Below, in pieces: positions 37,678 through 46,882 of a DNA stretch of 58,733 bases. The position numbers and the translations under genes are program-made. The DNA lies in IMG/VR virus record IMGVR_UViG_3300046792_000073, positions 1 to 58,733 of that record. One strand, 5' to 3'. Source of the stretch: a virus (lineage: Duplodnaviria > Caudoviricetes). The notes below the pieces were generated by a model. The model did no database searches. It saw only the letters and a list, made by a program, of their open reading frames with translations, and had not been told where the DNA came from. Each line of letters starts with the position of its first letter. Positions within the stretch are counted from its first letter, which is position 1.

Positions 37678-38024
37678 GACATCACCGGCTCTGTATCCGG
37701 TTCGGGTGCCCAGTCCATGTCGGGGATGACCCCGTTCCCCCACGCGCGGATCTGCCCGATCGGCCAGGCGCCGTCGATGGTGGCGGACTCGACGTAGATG
37801 CAGTACCGGCACCGGTACAAGATGATCGTCGAGCGTGCCCCCGTCAGCGGCGACCCGAGCGACATCGGCGACTGCGCGGCGAGGGCGATGAGCGTGTGGT
37901 CGCCGTGGTCGCAGTCGTGGCCGTAGCGGTCCCTGATCGCATACCAGCCGAACACGAACCCGAGGCCGACCATCTGCATGACGGCGACGAGGCCGACGGC
38001 GACGAGCGGGTTGCCGAGGTTCAT
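37674..38024 (-). CDS. Membrane protein with CxxC
   Basis: N-terminal transmembrane helix; C.H...CRYC. Confidence 0.65.
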   Translation of the reverse strand: MNLGNPLVAVGLVAVMQMVGLGFVFGWYAIRDRYGHDCDHGDHTLIALAAQSPMSLGSPLTGARSTIILYRCRYCIYVESATIDGAWPIGQIRAWGNGVIPDMDWAPEPDTEPVMS

Positions 38025-39274
38025 GAGCCGGCCGCCTCAATAACGAACCCGGCCGGCGCCGGCGGGTCCTGGCCGTCCCAGATGCGCTGGTCGTGGGCCA
38101 GGCGCAGCAGGGCGGCCTGTGCCGAGGCGGTGTCGCCGCCGACGGCGGCCATGATGCCGCCGAGGTTGGACACGGCCTGCCGGGCCTGCCCGGCGGTCAG
38201 GTCCGAGGGGCGGCCGACCTGGATCGGGTCGGCGCCGTCCTCGACGGCGAGCAGGCCGAGCAGCCCGGTCGTGACCCGGCGCCACCCGTCGGCGTCGGCC
38301 AGGCCGAGGGCCCGCCAGGTGACGCCGAGTTCGTTGAGCGCCTCGCCCTTGTTGAGCGGGTTCGCGTCGCGGCGCCCCTCGGCCTTCCCGGCGATCGTCC
38401 CGGGGGCGGGCCGGTCGCCGCCGTTACCGGCGTCGAGGGCCATCGGCGGGGAGGCGTCGATGGGCAGCGGCTGATCGGATCCGCCCAACTCGATCCCCGG
38501 CGGGGCGGTCTCTAGCGCCCTGGCGACGTTCTGGGTGACCTGCGCGAGATACTCGGGGGACGTCGGCACCGATCCCGAGTGCTTGTGGATCGCGGTCTTG
38601 CGCCACATGTCCACCGTCCACGCTCCCTCGGCCGGGTGGGCGGGACCCCAGAACGCGTCGCCGGCGCGGGACGCGGCCCGGTGCCGGCCGACCTCGCGGG
38701 CGGTCATGACGGTCGGGTGGGACGTGCCGCCGCCCTTGAAGATCACGTAGCAGTAGACGCCGGTGAGCTTGCCCCGGTCGTCCTGGTCGGCGAGGCCGAC
38801 CTGCCCGGTCGCGTTCGGGGCGATGTGATGCTCGGGGACGCGCATCGCCGAGGGGTCCCAGGCGAACTGGTCGTGCTCGCGGACGACCTCGCACACGACG
38901 GTCTCGACGAGGCCGGTGCGGTAGATCAGTTCGACCTCGCCGGTCCAGTGAACGACGGTGGAGATCGTCCACCCGGTCGGGTCCTCTTTGGACTTGAACG
39001 GCAGGTAGTAGATCGTGTCGCCGGGCATCAGGCCGAGCCGGGCGGTCTCGGCGACCGCCGACAGCCACGCGTTCGGGTTGGCGGTCGCCGCGGTGCGCAG
39101 GTCCTTGATCTTGTCGAGTTGGGCGAGGGACAACTGCACGAGCGCTTGCGGGTTGGCGTGGGAGGGGGCGAGGATCGCATACCAGTCGGTCGCGGCCTTG
39201 GTCCGCTGGGTCACGGTCCGCTGGTCGCGGCGGTGCGCTACAGCGCCGGCGACGGTTCCGTCGTCATCAGTCAT
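38021..39274 (-). CDS. recT: RecT-family single-strand annealing protein with C-terminal extension
   Basis: ARLGLMP...YYLPF, G..ELIYRTG, VREHD.F, W..MWRKT; adjacent to the YqaJ exonuclease. Confidence 0.9.
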   Translation of the reverse strand: MTDDDGTVAGAVAHRRDQRTVTQRTKAATDWYAILAPSHANPQALVQLSLAQLDKIKDLRTAATANPNAWLSAVAETARLGLMPGDTIYYLPFKSKEDPTGWTISTVVHWTGEVELIYRTGLVETVVCEVVREHDQFAWDPSAMRVPEHHIAPNATGQVGLADQDDRGKLTGVYCYVIFKGGGTSHPTVMTAREVGRHRAASRAGDAFWGPAHPAEGAWTVDMWRKTAIHKHSGSVPTSPEYLAQVTQNVARALETAPPGIELGGSDQPLPIDASPPMALDAGNGGDRPAPGTIAGKAEGRRDANPLNKGEALNELGVTWRALGLADADGWRRVTTGLLGLLAVEDGADPIQVGRPSDLTAGQARQAVSNLGGIMAAVGGDTASAQAALLRLAHDQRIWDGQDPPAPAGFVIEAAGS

Positions 39275-39539
39275 CGGGGTCTGCTCCGTTCAGTTGCGGT
39301 CTGTGCCCGCACCGTTGGGCGAGGGCGTTGAGGTCGGCGGCCTGCTGGTCCCAGCCGGCGGCGCGTCCGGGGTCGGGTTCGTGGTCGCGCATGACGGCGC
39401 GCACGTTGGCGGCGCGGGCCGATTCCCGGCCGAGCCTGGCCCGGTTGGCGGCGAGGGTGATCTGCACGAGATCGGCGCCGTGCGGACCGCGAGCGAGCAG
39501 CCCGGCCAGGCCAGTCAGTGACACGCGCATCCGGGTCAT
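39267..39539 (-). CDS. Hypothetical protein
   Basis: Coupled ORF. Confidence 0.55.
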   Translation of the reverse strand: MTRMRVSLTGLAGLLARGPHGADLVQITLAANRARLGRESARAANVRAVMRDHEPDPGRAAGWDQQAADLNALAQRCGHRPQLNGADPDD

Positions 39540-40564
39540 CGTTCCCACCTGTCCCGGGGGGTGAGCTTGTCGTCGTGCCGGTCGTGGGCGCGGACCTTGG
39601 TGTCGCCGATCGACCGGGAGCACACGTCCACCGGCCGGCCGGTGGACGGGTCGATGATGTGCGCCCTCGCCGCCGGCCCCATCCGCTGCCGCAGTTCGTT
39701 GGATATGAGCCGGCGCCGGCGCTTGACCGCTGATTCGGCGGCGACGCCCGCCCAGTACCGCTCGGCCAGGCTGACCGGGATGCGAACCGACTCGTCGGCC
39801 AGATCCGGGTGCAGTTTCCGTAGGGTGACCGTGGTCGCGGGCAGGTCATCGACGGGGGGCTCGTCATGGTCGGCGAGCCGCTGCCGGAACCGCTGCGCCT
39901 CCCCGATCATGACGTCGAGGTCGCGGATCACCCCCGGGTTGTCGGCGGTGATCGTGTAGACCTCGATCTGCCAGGTCATCATGAACAGGACCACGACCTT
40001 GATCGACGCCGCGCCGGCGACGGTCATGTTCCATATCGCCTGGCAGCGGACCGCTGTCGGCATCGCGCCCGGGACGTTGCCGTCGCCGCCGGTGTCGGAC
40101 CAGCCATCCTTGGTCGCCCACGTTTTGTACTCGCCGGGCTCGGCGGTATCGACGACCCAGCCGCGCCCGTGGGCTTGCCGGTCCAGCGCTGAGGCGGCGT
40201 CGGTGTCGAGTATCCACCGGTCGAGGGTCGCCATCATCCACGGGTGGCCGCGCCGGGCGTACAGTCCGGCGGGGCGCGGGTCGAGCCACGGGTGGGCGTC
40301 GGTGAGCAGGTCGTCGATCTCCGGTTCAAGCAGCCGGCCCCGGCGCAGCACGGGCTTGTCTTCGGTCTCGATCCCGTCGAGCTTGGCGTGGTACAGGGCG
40401 AACGGCCCCATATGCGAGGACAGGCCGAGCAGGGCGGCGACGTCGGTGCCGGTGATCCCGCTGGTACGGGCGGCCAGCCACGCGGCGCGGTCCCGGTTGA
40501 TCTCGTGCTGGGGGATCAGCAGTTCGGGGCCGCTGGGAGACCGGACGGCCGTCTGGGCGGTCAT
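39536..40564 (-). CDS. recE: YqaJ/RecE-like exonuclease
   Basis: WLAARTSGITGTD, G..LEP, ATLD, EYKT, Q..W.M. Confidence 0.9.
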   Translation of the reverse strand: MTAQTAVRSPSGPELLIPQHEINRDRAAWLAARTSGITGTDVAALLGLSSHMGPFALYHAKLDGIETEDKPVLRRGRLLEPEIDDLLTDAHPWLDPRPAGLYARRGHPWMMATLDRWILDTDAASALDRQAHGRGWVVDTAEPGEYKTWATKDGWSDTGGDGNVPGAMPTAVRCQAIWNMTVAGAASIKVVVLFMMTWQIEVYTITADNPGVIRDLDVMIGEAQRFRQRLADHDEPPVDDLPATTVTLRKLHPDLADESVRIPVSLAERYWAGVAAESAVKRRRRLISNELRQRMGPAARAHIIDPSTGRPVDVCSRSIGDTKVRAHDRHDDKLTPRDRWER

Positions 40565-40857
40565 GGGCTGATCTCGCCGAGATCGATGCCGGCGAACGGA
40601 TCGGCGTCGGGGACGGCCGGCTCGTGCCCGGTGACGATCTCCGGGGGGAGCTTCGGTTCCCACGACCGGACCTGGGTGATCTCCCCACCCGCGCGGGCGG
40701 CGAGGTCGAACGCGGCCTTGATCGCGTCGAGTTGCGTATGCGGGCCGTGGTAGCGGAACGTCAGGTCGATCTCGACGATCGTGCTGGTGTGCGGTTCGCC
40801 GTCGCCGTCGCCGAGGGGCTGCCAGGTCCGGCCGTACTCGTCGAGCATCACGGTCAC
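40561..40857 (-). CDS. Hypothetical protein
   Basis: GTGA-coupled ORF. Confidence 0.6.
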   Translation of the reverse strand: MTVMLDEYGRTWQPLGDGDGEPHTSTIVEIDLTFRYHGPHTQLDAIKAAFDLAARAGGEITQVRSWEPKLPPEIVTGHEPAVPDADPFAGIDLGEISP

Positions 40858-41156
40858 CCCCATCCGCCGGGGATGACCTGCCACGGTTCGGCGAGCGCGG
40901 CGTCGCGCCCTGGCCGGGGCATCGGCTGCCCGCAGTCGGGCATCAGGACGTCGTGGCTGACGGCGAGCCACTCGACGACGAACACGTCCGGGGGGAGTTT
41001 CCCGCCGGGTCCGCCGGCGAGCCACCGGGCGAACCGGGCGCGGGCCGGGGCGTCCTCGGCGAGCCAGTGCGCGACGACGCCAAGGTTCGTGATCGCCTCG
41101 TCGGCGCCGGCCACGTCGAGCAGTTCCTCGGGTGTCGGCTCGGCTGGTGTGGTCAC
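40854..41156 (-). CDS. Hypothetical protein
   Basis: Coupled ORF. Confidence 0.6.
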   Translation of the reverse strand: MTTPAEPTPEELLDVAGADEAITNLGVVAHWLAEDAPARARFARWLAGGPGGKLPPDVFVVEWLAVSHDVLMPDCGQPMPRPGRDAALAEPWQVIPGGWG

Positions 41157-41566
41157 CGGGCACCGCCCAGGACGGTCCAGAGCCGGTCGAGGGCATCGGC
41201 CAGGGTCGTGTCGCTGGCCCGGCTGCGCTCGGCGATCGTGACCGCGAGCCGCACGTCAGCGACGAACTGGCTGACGGCCCGGTGGTCGGTGACGTCGAGG
41301 TTCACCCGCATAGCAGTCAGTGCCGATGACCCGCGCGGCCGGCCGGGTTTGGGATCGAACGGCGGCTCGCCGCGCTCGACCTGCTCGGCTTCGGTATAGG
41401 TCTCGGCCGGGCACTGGGCGAGCGCGGCGTGAACGGCGGCGAGCGCGACCATCGCCTGCTCGTGGGCGCAGTTCGGCGGGCAGTCTTTGCACTCGCGGAA
41501 CCGGGCGGCGAGCAGTAGCTGCGCTTCCCGGTAGTTCTCCCCGGGGGTCATGATGACCGTGGTCAT
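41153..41566 (-). CDS. Hypothetical protein
   Basis: TPGENYREAQ.LL...ALAAVHAALA motif. Confidence 0.65.
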   Translation of the reverse strand: MTTVIMTPGENYREAQLLLAARFRECKDCPPNCAHEQAMVALAAVHAALAQCPAETYTEAEQVERGEPPFDPKPGRPRGSSALTAMRVNLDVTDHRAVSQFVADVRLAVTIAERSRASDTTLADALDRLWTVLGGAR

Positions 41567-41784
41567 GGTTGTACCGCCCTCGACACGACCGACGGCCGGT
41601 TCACCCCGACGAGCGAGCACGTGGACCGTTGCGAGTCGGTCCACACGGCGGCGCCCTCAAGGCCGGCCTGCTGGTTGGCGAGCCGCCGCGCCTCACCGGC
41701 CTGCCGGGCGACGACGACCATCTCGCAGATCTCGCCGGTCCGCGCCGAGCCGGCGGGCCAGCGCTTCAAGTGGTAGATGTTCAC
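41563..41784 (-). CDS. Hypothetical protein, first gene of the leftward operon
   Basis: RBS gggagg; VVVA....AR.LA. Confidence 0.7.
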   Translation of the reverse strand: MNIYHLKRWPAGSARTGEICEMVVVARQAGEARRLANQQAGLEGAAVWTDSQRSTCSLVGVNRPSVVSRAVQP

Positions 41785-41821
41785 GGTCCTCCCTCGGTCG
41801 TGCTGTCCTCTCTCACCCGTG

Positions 41822-41850
41822 ACGATATAAGCCGTGTCTGACAAAATCAA
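41822..41850 (-). promoter_or_regulatory. Leftward sigma70-type promoter
   Basis: TTGATT (41850-41845) N17 TATCGT (41827-41822) in an AT-rich patch. Confidence 0.6.
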
Positions 41851-41889
41851 CCGGGCACTTTCCCCGCCCTGACAGGCGCGTGTACCATC

Positions 41890-42020
41890 GGCAGCACGGG
41901 ATCGCGATCATCCTCCCTGCGCTGAGCGGTCGGCGCTGGCGGTTAGCGGTTCCTCTCTCAACGGGCCGCGCCAGGCCCGACCGGAGGTTCGCCCCGGAAC
42001 GGCCAGGCGCGGCCCACACG
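41890..42020 (+). ncRNA. Candidate sRNA carrying the anti-RBS tract GCGGUUCCUCUCUCAA
   Basis: Downstream of TACCAT (41883-41888); 5' stem, tract at 41946-41961, long UUCG-capped hairpin at 41963-42015. Confidence 0.5.
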
Positions 42021-42259
42021 CATTCACCAGGGCATCTGTTGGCGCGGGCGCCTCATGGGTCTACTGTCGGATCTCACAACGCCGGTTACCGCTTGGACGG
42101 TTGACCGCAACCGGCCCGCCGGTTTACCGGACGTTGATCTGTCAGCGACCGCACACGACCCGGGAGGCGAACAATGCGCGAGCATTCCCCGGAACCACAC
42201 CAGACCGCGACCCGTCAACGACCCTTTGACAGCCGGACCGGCCCGGCCGGCAGACCCGA

Positions 42260-42793
42260 ATGACGCCCGGGGGGGCGACCGCTGCCAAGCCAGGAACGCT
42301 CGTGGCGCCGCAAGGCTGGCCGCAGACCCGGGCGCAGGCCGCCGAGATCATCGTGGCCCTGCTCGGCGCCCTCGACGCCGAACGCGCCCACACCGACCGC
42401 ATGTGGCACGACGGCCGCCGCCACGGCGCGGCATCAGCCGAGGGCCGGTGCCCGACCCACCAGGCCGACGTCGCCGACGCCTACGCCGCCGGCCAGCGGG
42501 CCACCGCGTCAGACCTGGCCGGCGGGGCGTCCGCGTTCGCCGCCGGGTGGAACGCCTGCCTGGACCGGCTCGCCGACGGGCTCGGCCACGACATCCCCGT
42601 CCCGCACTGGCAAGACCGCGAGACAGCCGTGTGGACCCGGCACCACCCGGCGTGCGGCTACCCGCACCGCGGCTGCCCGGACGCGCACGGGTGCCGGCCC
42701 GGCCCGCGCTCGCAGTTCGGCAAACGGGCGCCGTGGGACCGTGACCCGGCCGCCCTCGTCGCGCAAGCTCGCGCATCCTGGGGCCTGGCGTGA
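42260..42793 (+). CDS. Hypothetical protein
   Basis: GTGA-coupled to the helicase; start uncertain. Confidence 0.6.
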   Translation: MTPGGATAAKPGTLVAPQGWPQTRAQAAEIIVALLGALDAERAHTDRMWHDGRRHGAASAEGRCPTHQADVADAYAAGQRATASDLAGGASAFAAGWNACLDRLADGLGHDIPVPHWQDRETAVWTRHHPACGYPHRGCPDAHGCRPGPRSQFGKRAPWDRDPAALVAQARASWGLA

Positions 42794-43920
42794 ACGGCGA
42801 CGGCAACGACTGGGCGCCCCCCGCCGACGAGGCCGACGCCGGCGGCCGGCTCGCCGAACTACGCGGCCGGCTGCTCAACTCGATCAAGCTCGACTCAATC
42901 CGCCCGCTGGTCCCGCTGATCGGCGGCTGGCTGTTCCTCGACTCGCTCACCTGGATCTCCGGTAAACCGGGCAACGGCAAGAGCTTCGTCGTCCTCGACA
43001 TGGCCGGATGCGTATCCGAGGGCATCGCCTGGTGCGGTTACCCGACCAAGCAGGGCAACGTCCTGTACGTCATCAGCGAGGGCCTGTCCGGTATCCGGCA
43101 GCGGGTCCGCGCCTGGGAACAGGACCACGGCCGGCCAATGTCGAATGTGACCTGGCTGCCCGGCCCGGTCTCCCTCGTCGGCGACTGGGCGTCGATCGTC
43201 GCGATCGCCAAGTCGATCGACGCGGTCCTGATCGTGTTCGACACACAGGCGATGGTGACCGTCGGGCTCGACGAGGTCAGCAGCAAAGACATGGGCATGA
43301 TCGTCGCCGCCGCCGAGCACATCCGGGCCGGCACCGGCGCGTGCGTGGCACTGGTCCACCACGAGGCCATCGGCGGCGACCGGCCGCGCGGTCACTCGTC
43401 AATGGACGGCGCCGCCGCGACCCTGATCCGCGTCGTCAAAGACGGCGCGGTCGTCTGGGTCGCCAACACCAAGCAGAAAGACGGCCCCAAGCACCCGACC
43501 CTGTCGCTGCAAATCACCGCCATCGGCGACTCGCTGGTCCTGGTCCCCGTCGATGCGACCATGGCGATGGCGATGACCGACAGCGAGGTTGCCGTGTACG
43601 CGTGCCTTCGTGACCTCGCTGCGCTTAAAGGCGGGGCGTCGCACGCGGAACTGAAAGAGGCCACCGGTTCCCGGGGGGTGCCTATCTCAACGTTCGGGTG
43701 GGCGCTCAAGAGGATCGTCGCCCGTGGTCTAGCCCGCAACGAGGGCAAGGGACGATCGTCGTTTTACGTTCTGGTCGATCCGGCGCAGGGCCGGCTCGAC
43801 AGCGCTGACCAGGACGGATGGCAGCCGCAGGCCGACAGGCCGGCGGATGATGCCCAGTGGCAGCCGTCCGGTCAAGTCCAACCGAGGTCCAACGCTAGTA
43901 CAACGCGAGGTTCAACATGA
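42790..43920 (+). CDS. RecA-family (AAA_25, RSF1010 RepA-like) helicase with C-terminal wHTH
   Basis: Walker A GKPGNGKS, VLYVISEG, LIVFDT, LVHH, RGHSS, KQKD. Confidence 0.9.
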   Translation: MNGDGNDWAPPADEADAGGRLAELRGRLLNSIKLDSIRPLVPLIGGWLFLDSLTWISGKPGNGKSFVVLDMAGCVSEGIAWCGYPTKQGNVLYVISEGLSGIRQRVRAWEQDHGRPMSNVTWLPGPVSLVGDWASIVAIAKSIDAVLIVFDTQAMVTVGLDEVSSKDMGMIVAAAEHIRAGTGACVALVHHEAIGGDRPRGHSSMDGAAATLIRVVKDGAVVWVANTKQKDGPKHPTLSLQITAIGDSLVLVPVDATMAMAMTDSEVAVYACLRDLAALKGGASHAELKEATGSRGVPISTFGWALKRIVARGLARNEGKGRSSFYVLVDPAQGRLDSADQDGWQPQADRPADDAQWQPSGQVQPRSNASTTRGST

Positions 43921-43994
43921 CGGACCAGGTTATCAACACACCTGTAGTAGCTACTACGGGTGTATCTCTCTCCCCCCTAACGGGGGGAGAGATA
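43876..43994. promoter_or_regulatory. Putative replication origin (iterons plus two inverted repeats)
   Basis: GTNCAAC at 43876, 43887, 43898 and 43910; palindrome 43938-43963; inverted repeat 43963-43994. Confidence 0.6.
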
Positions 43995-44243
43995 CCCGCG
44001 CCCGCCCACGCGGACAGGGGACGCGCGGGCGCGCGGAACGCCGGCGCACGCGGATACCACGGGAACAGCTACGGGTCAAGGCACGGTTACGGCGGGGCGA
44101 ACGGCCAGTCGCACAATCACGAGCGGATCCTGGGCGCCCTCGACCGGCACCGCGCCGAGCACGGGTGGGCGCCCGGCCTGGTATGGAATCCCTACGCCGG
44201 CCGGTACGGGCCGCCGCAAGCCGGCGCCTGGTGGTCCCGGTGA
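43917..44243 (+). CDS. Hypothetical protein (5' part overlaps the putative origin)
   Basis: ATGA/TGATG coupling, but atypical codons at the 5' end. Confidence 0.4.
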   Translation: MTDQVINTPVVATTGVSLSPLTGGEIPAPAHADRGRAGARNAGARGYHGNSYGSRHGYGGANGQSHNHERILGALDRHRAEHGWAPGLVWNPYAGRYGPPQAGAWWSR

Positions 44244-44494
44244 TGGCCAAGGCGCCCCGGCTGTGGACCGGCTACCGGCGGACCCTCGGCTGCGGTCACA
44301 TGGACCTGGTCGCGTCCGAGGGCGCCGAGTGGCGGATCGGCGGCCTGGCGTCGTGCTGGATCTGCCCGCCCGAGTCCACGACCCCGGAAGGCGCGAGGGT
44401 CGCCCCGGCCCGGCTGATCGTCGGCTTGACCCCGCTACTGCTCGATCAGCCACCCGACGTCGAGCCCTCCCCCGCACCGGGGCGTTCCCGGTGA
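44243..44494 (+). CDS. Hypothetical protein (LGCGH...CWIC)
   Basis: Coupled ORF with a zinc-binding pattern. Confidence 0.6.
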   Translation: MAKAPRLWTGYRRTLGCGHMDLVASEGAEWRIGGLASCWICPPESTTPEGARVAPARLIVGLTPLLLDQPPDVEPSPAPGRSR

Positions 44495-45111
44495 CCGGCC
44501 TGCCGGCCGGGCCGGTGAGCTTCCAACTGTGGCCGGACCCGGCCCCAGCCGAGCCGGACGTGTTCGACCTGGCGGTCACCTGGTCACAGGACCCGGCGCC
44601 GCAAGGGTCCAAGAACCCGCGCCCGATCTGGCGCAACAAAGGCAACGGCGACCCGGCCAAACGGCCGATCGCGATCTCCCCCGACGGCAAGCGGGAACTG
44701 ATCGCGATCACGGTCTCGGAATCGTCCAAGCACGTCGGCCCGTGGCGGGACGTGATCAAGCACGCCGCCCGGCAGCGGCGCCGCGGTGCCCCGGCGATCA
44801 CGAGCCCCGTCCGCGCCGTGATGATCTTCACCCTGCACCGGCCCGCGAACCACTACCGGACCGGGCGAAACTCGGTCCTGCTCACCGACCGGGCGCCCGC
44901 CCTGCCCGCCGGCTACCCGGACGTGTCCAAGCTCGCCCGCGCCGTCGAGGACGCCCTCGTCGATGCCGGCGTCCTCGACGACGACGCCCTGATCACCGGA
45001 TACGACCGGCTCGACAAGGTCTACCCTGATACCCGAGCCCCGGCCGGCTGGTCCCTGCCGGCCTACGCCCTGCAAAAGCCGGGCGTGTTCATCCACATCG
45101 AAAGGACCTGA
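44491..45111 (+). CDS. rusA: RusA-like Holliday junction resolvase
   Basis: PAPQGSK, PWR, PDVSKLARAVEDAL, DDALI. Confidence 0.9.
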   Translation: MTGLPAGPVSFQLWPDPAPAEPDVFDLAVTWSQDPAPQGSKNPRPIWRNKGNGDPAKRPIAISPDGKRELIAITVSESSKHVGPWRDVIKHAARQRRRGAPAITSPVRAVMIFTLHRPANHYRTGRNSVLLTDRAPALPAGYPDVSKLARAVEDALVDAGVLDDDALITGYDRLDKVYPDTRAPAGWSLPAYALQKPGVFIHIERT

Positions 45112-45115
45112 TCCC

Positions 45116-45472
45116 ATGCCTGGTCTGCCAGCCAACCTCGCGGGCACCATGCCCGGCGAGACCGTCAACGGGTGGTTCACGATCGTGCCCGAACTGCTCG
45201 CCCACCCGGACAAGCTGCGCCTGCTCGTCGGCGTGTTCGACGTGGACACGATCAAGGTCAAGGTCGCCACCCACGGGCAGACGCCGGTCGTGCAACTGCG
45301 GCACGTCGAGGTCGTCGATCTCGGCGACGCCGAACTGACCGAGACCGTGTCCGCGATCTTGCGGAACCTGCAACGCGCCCGGCTCGGCGACGAGCAGCTT
45401 GAACTGACCTACACCCCGGGCGCGATCGCCCCGGCCGCCCCCCCGGCCGGCACCCCAGCCGACGACGACTGA
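45116..45472 (+). CDS. Hypothetical protein
   Basis: RBS gaaagga. Confidence 0.7.
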   Translation: MPGLPANLAGTMPGETVNGWFTIVPELLAHPDKLRLLVGVFDVDTIKVKVATHGQTPVVQLRHVEVVDLGDAELTETVSAILRNLQRARLGDEQLELTYTPGAIAPAAPPAGTPADDD

Positions 45473-45490
45473 CCGAGAGGAACCCAGCAC

Positions 45491-46354
45491 ATGACCGAGG
45501 CCGTAGGAATCCACGCCCACCCGACCCGCAAGCTCGGCGCCCGCCCGATCGACGAGGCCCGCCTGTCCGCCATGATCGAACTGCCCGTCGGCCTGCCCCG
45601 GATCGCCGGCCTGGACATCCCCGCCGTCGCCGACCACCTGGGCACCGCCCAGCCGCTGATGGTCCTCGGCGGTAACGACAAGTTCGGCACCTGCTGGCCG
45701 ACGTCGATGGCAAACTCGGTGATCCTGGTCAAGCTGTTCTGCGCCGGGCAGCGGGTCACCGTCCTCGACGACGACGTGTTCGACCTGTACCGGCGCGTCG
45801 GCAACCCGGACTTCGACCCGGCGACCGGCGCCGGCGACAACGGCACCGAGCCCACCGCCGGCCTGTCGGCTCTCGCCGCCGGCGGGATCTGGGTGACCCA
45901 CCTGACCGCCGACGGCACCCCGGATCCGCAGCAGCGCGAGTGCGTCCGCCCGGTGTGCTACGCCCAGTCGTCCTCGACCGACCTCGATCACGTCCGGGTC
46001 ATCACCGCCGCCGCCGGGTCGGTCAGCCTGTGTCTCGACCTGCAGGTCGCCCAGCAGTTGCAGGGCGATCTGTGGGACTACCAGCCCGGGTCCGGGCAGT
46101 GGGGCGGTCACGCGGTCATCGGCGGCAGCTACCGGGCACGGTCCGGCGCCCACGCGTGGGATGAGACCGCCGAGTCGTGGCAGACCCAGGTCGGGATGAC
46201 CGACGCGTTCCTCGGCCACCAGATGCAGGCCGCGTTCGTCGTCGTGTGGCCGGACCTGTGGGGCAACGACGCGTTCATGGCGAACGTGGACCGGGCCGCC
46301 CTCGCCGCCGCCTACCAGACGGTGACCGGCAGGCCGATCGGCGCCCCGTCGTGA
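45491..46354 (+). CDS. Papain-like (C1-like) cysteine peptidase
   Basis: GNDKFGTCW (Cys), DNG, WGGHAV (His), ESW. Confidence 0.75.
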   Translation: MTEAVGIHAHPTRKLGARPIDEARLSAMIELPVGLPRIAGLDIPAVADHLGTAQPLMVLGGNDKFGTCWPTSMANSVILVKLFCAGQRVTVLDDDVFDLYRRVGNPDFDPATGAGDNGTEPTAGLSALAAGGIWVTHLTADGTPDPQQRECVRPVCYAQSSSTDLDHVRVITAAAGSVSLCLDLQVAQQLQGDLWDYQPGSGQWGGHAVIGGSYRARSGAHAWDETAESWQTQVGMTDAFLGHQMQAAFVVVWPDLWGNDAFMANVDRAALAAAYQTVTGRPIGAPS

Positions 46355-46506
46355 ACCTGCCCGAGTACCTGCGCGAGGTCGAGACCGCGCACCGTGAGTT
46401 CCGCCAGCAGGTCGAGACTGCCGCCGAGGGACTCGACAAGCGCCTCGCGGCTGCCAGGGAGGCGTTCCACCGCGACCCCGACGAGATCACCAAGGTGGCC
46501 CGATGA
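46351..46506 (+). CDS. Small helical protein
   Basis: Coupled at both ends. Confidence 0.6.
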   Translation: MNLPEYLREVETAHREFRQQVETAAEGLDKRLAAAREAFHRDPDEITKVAR

Positions 46507-46715
46507 AGATCTGCACGACGCTGCGCCTGGCGCCGCCGACCGGCGAGGTCGTATCGGTCGGGTTCGGTGAGAACGTGGCCGACGCCCAGGTGATCGACGC
46601 GCAGATCGTGGACGTGTCCACCGTCCCCGACGATCACCAGTTCGGCCCCGACGACGACGGCCTGCTGCACGTCGAGGGGAAGATCGTCGCCGAGGATCTG
46701 AGGATCGAGCCGTGA
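46503..46715 (+). CDS. Hypothetical protein
   Basis: RBS aaggtgg; acidic. Confidence 0.6.
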   Translation: MKICTTLRLAPPTGEVVSVGFGENVADAQVIDAQIVDVSTVPDDHQFGPDDDGLLHVEGKIVAEDLRIEP

Positions 46716-46882
46716 GCGGCGCCCGGAAGCTCGGCCGGCTGCGCACCAGCCCGGCCCGGCAGCATCGCCGGCGCCGGCACGTCCCAGCCGGGGAGCGGGC
46801 ACGCGCCTACCTGGGCACGATCTTGCCCCGGTCGTTCCTCGACCAGGCGTTCGCCGCCGAGTTCCTGGCGGGCCGGCGATGA
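46712..46882 (+). CDS. Small basic hypothetical protein
   Basis: Read by eye; GTGA and ATGA overlaps. Confidence 0.4.
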   Translation: MSGARKLGRLRTSPARQHRRRRHVPAGERARAYLGTILPRSFLDQAFAAEFLAGRR

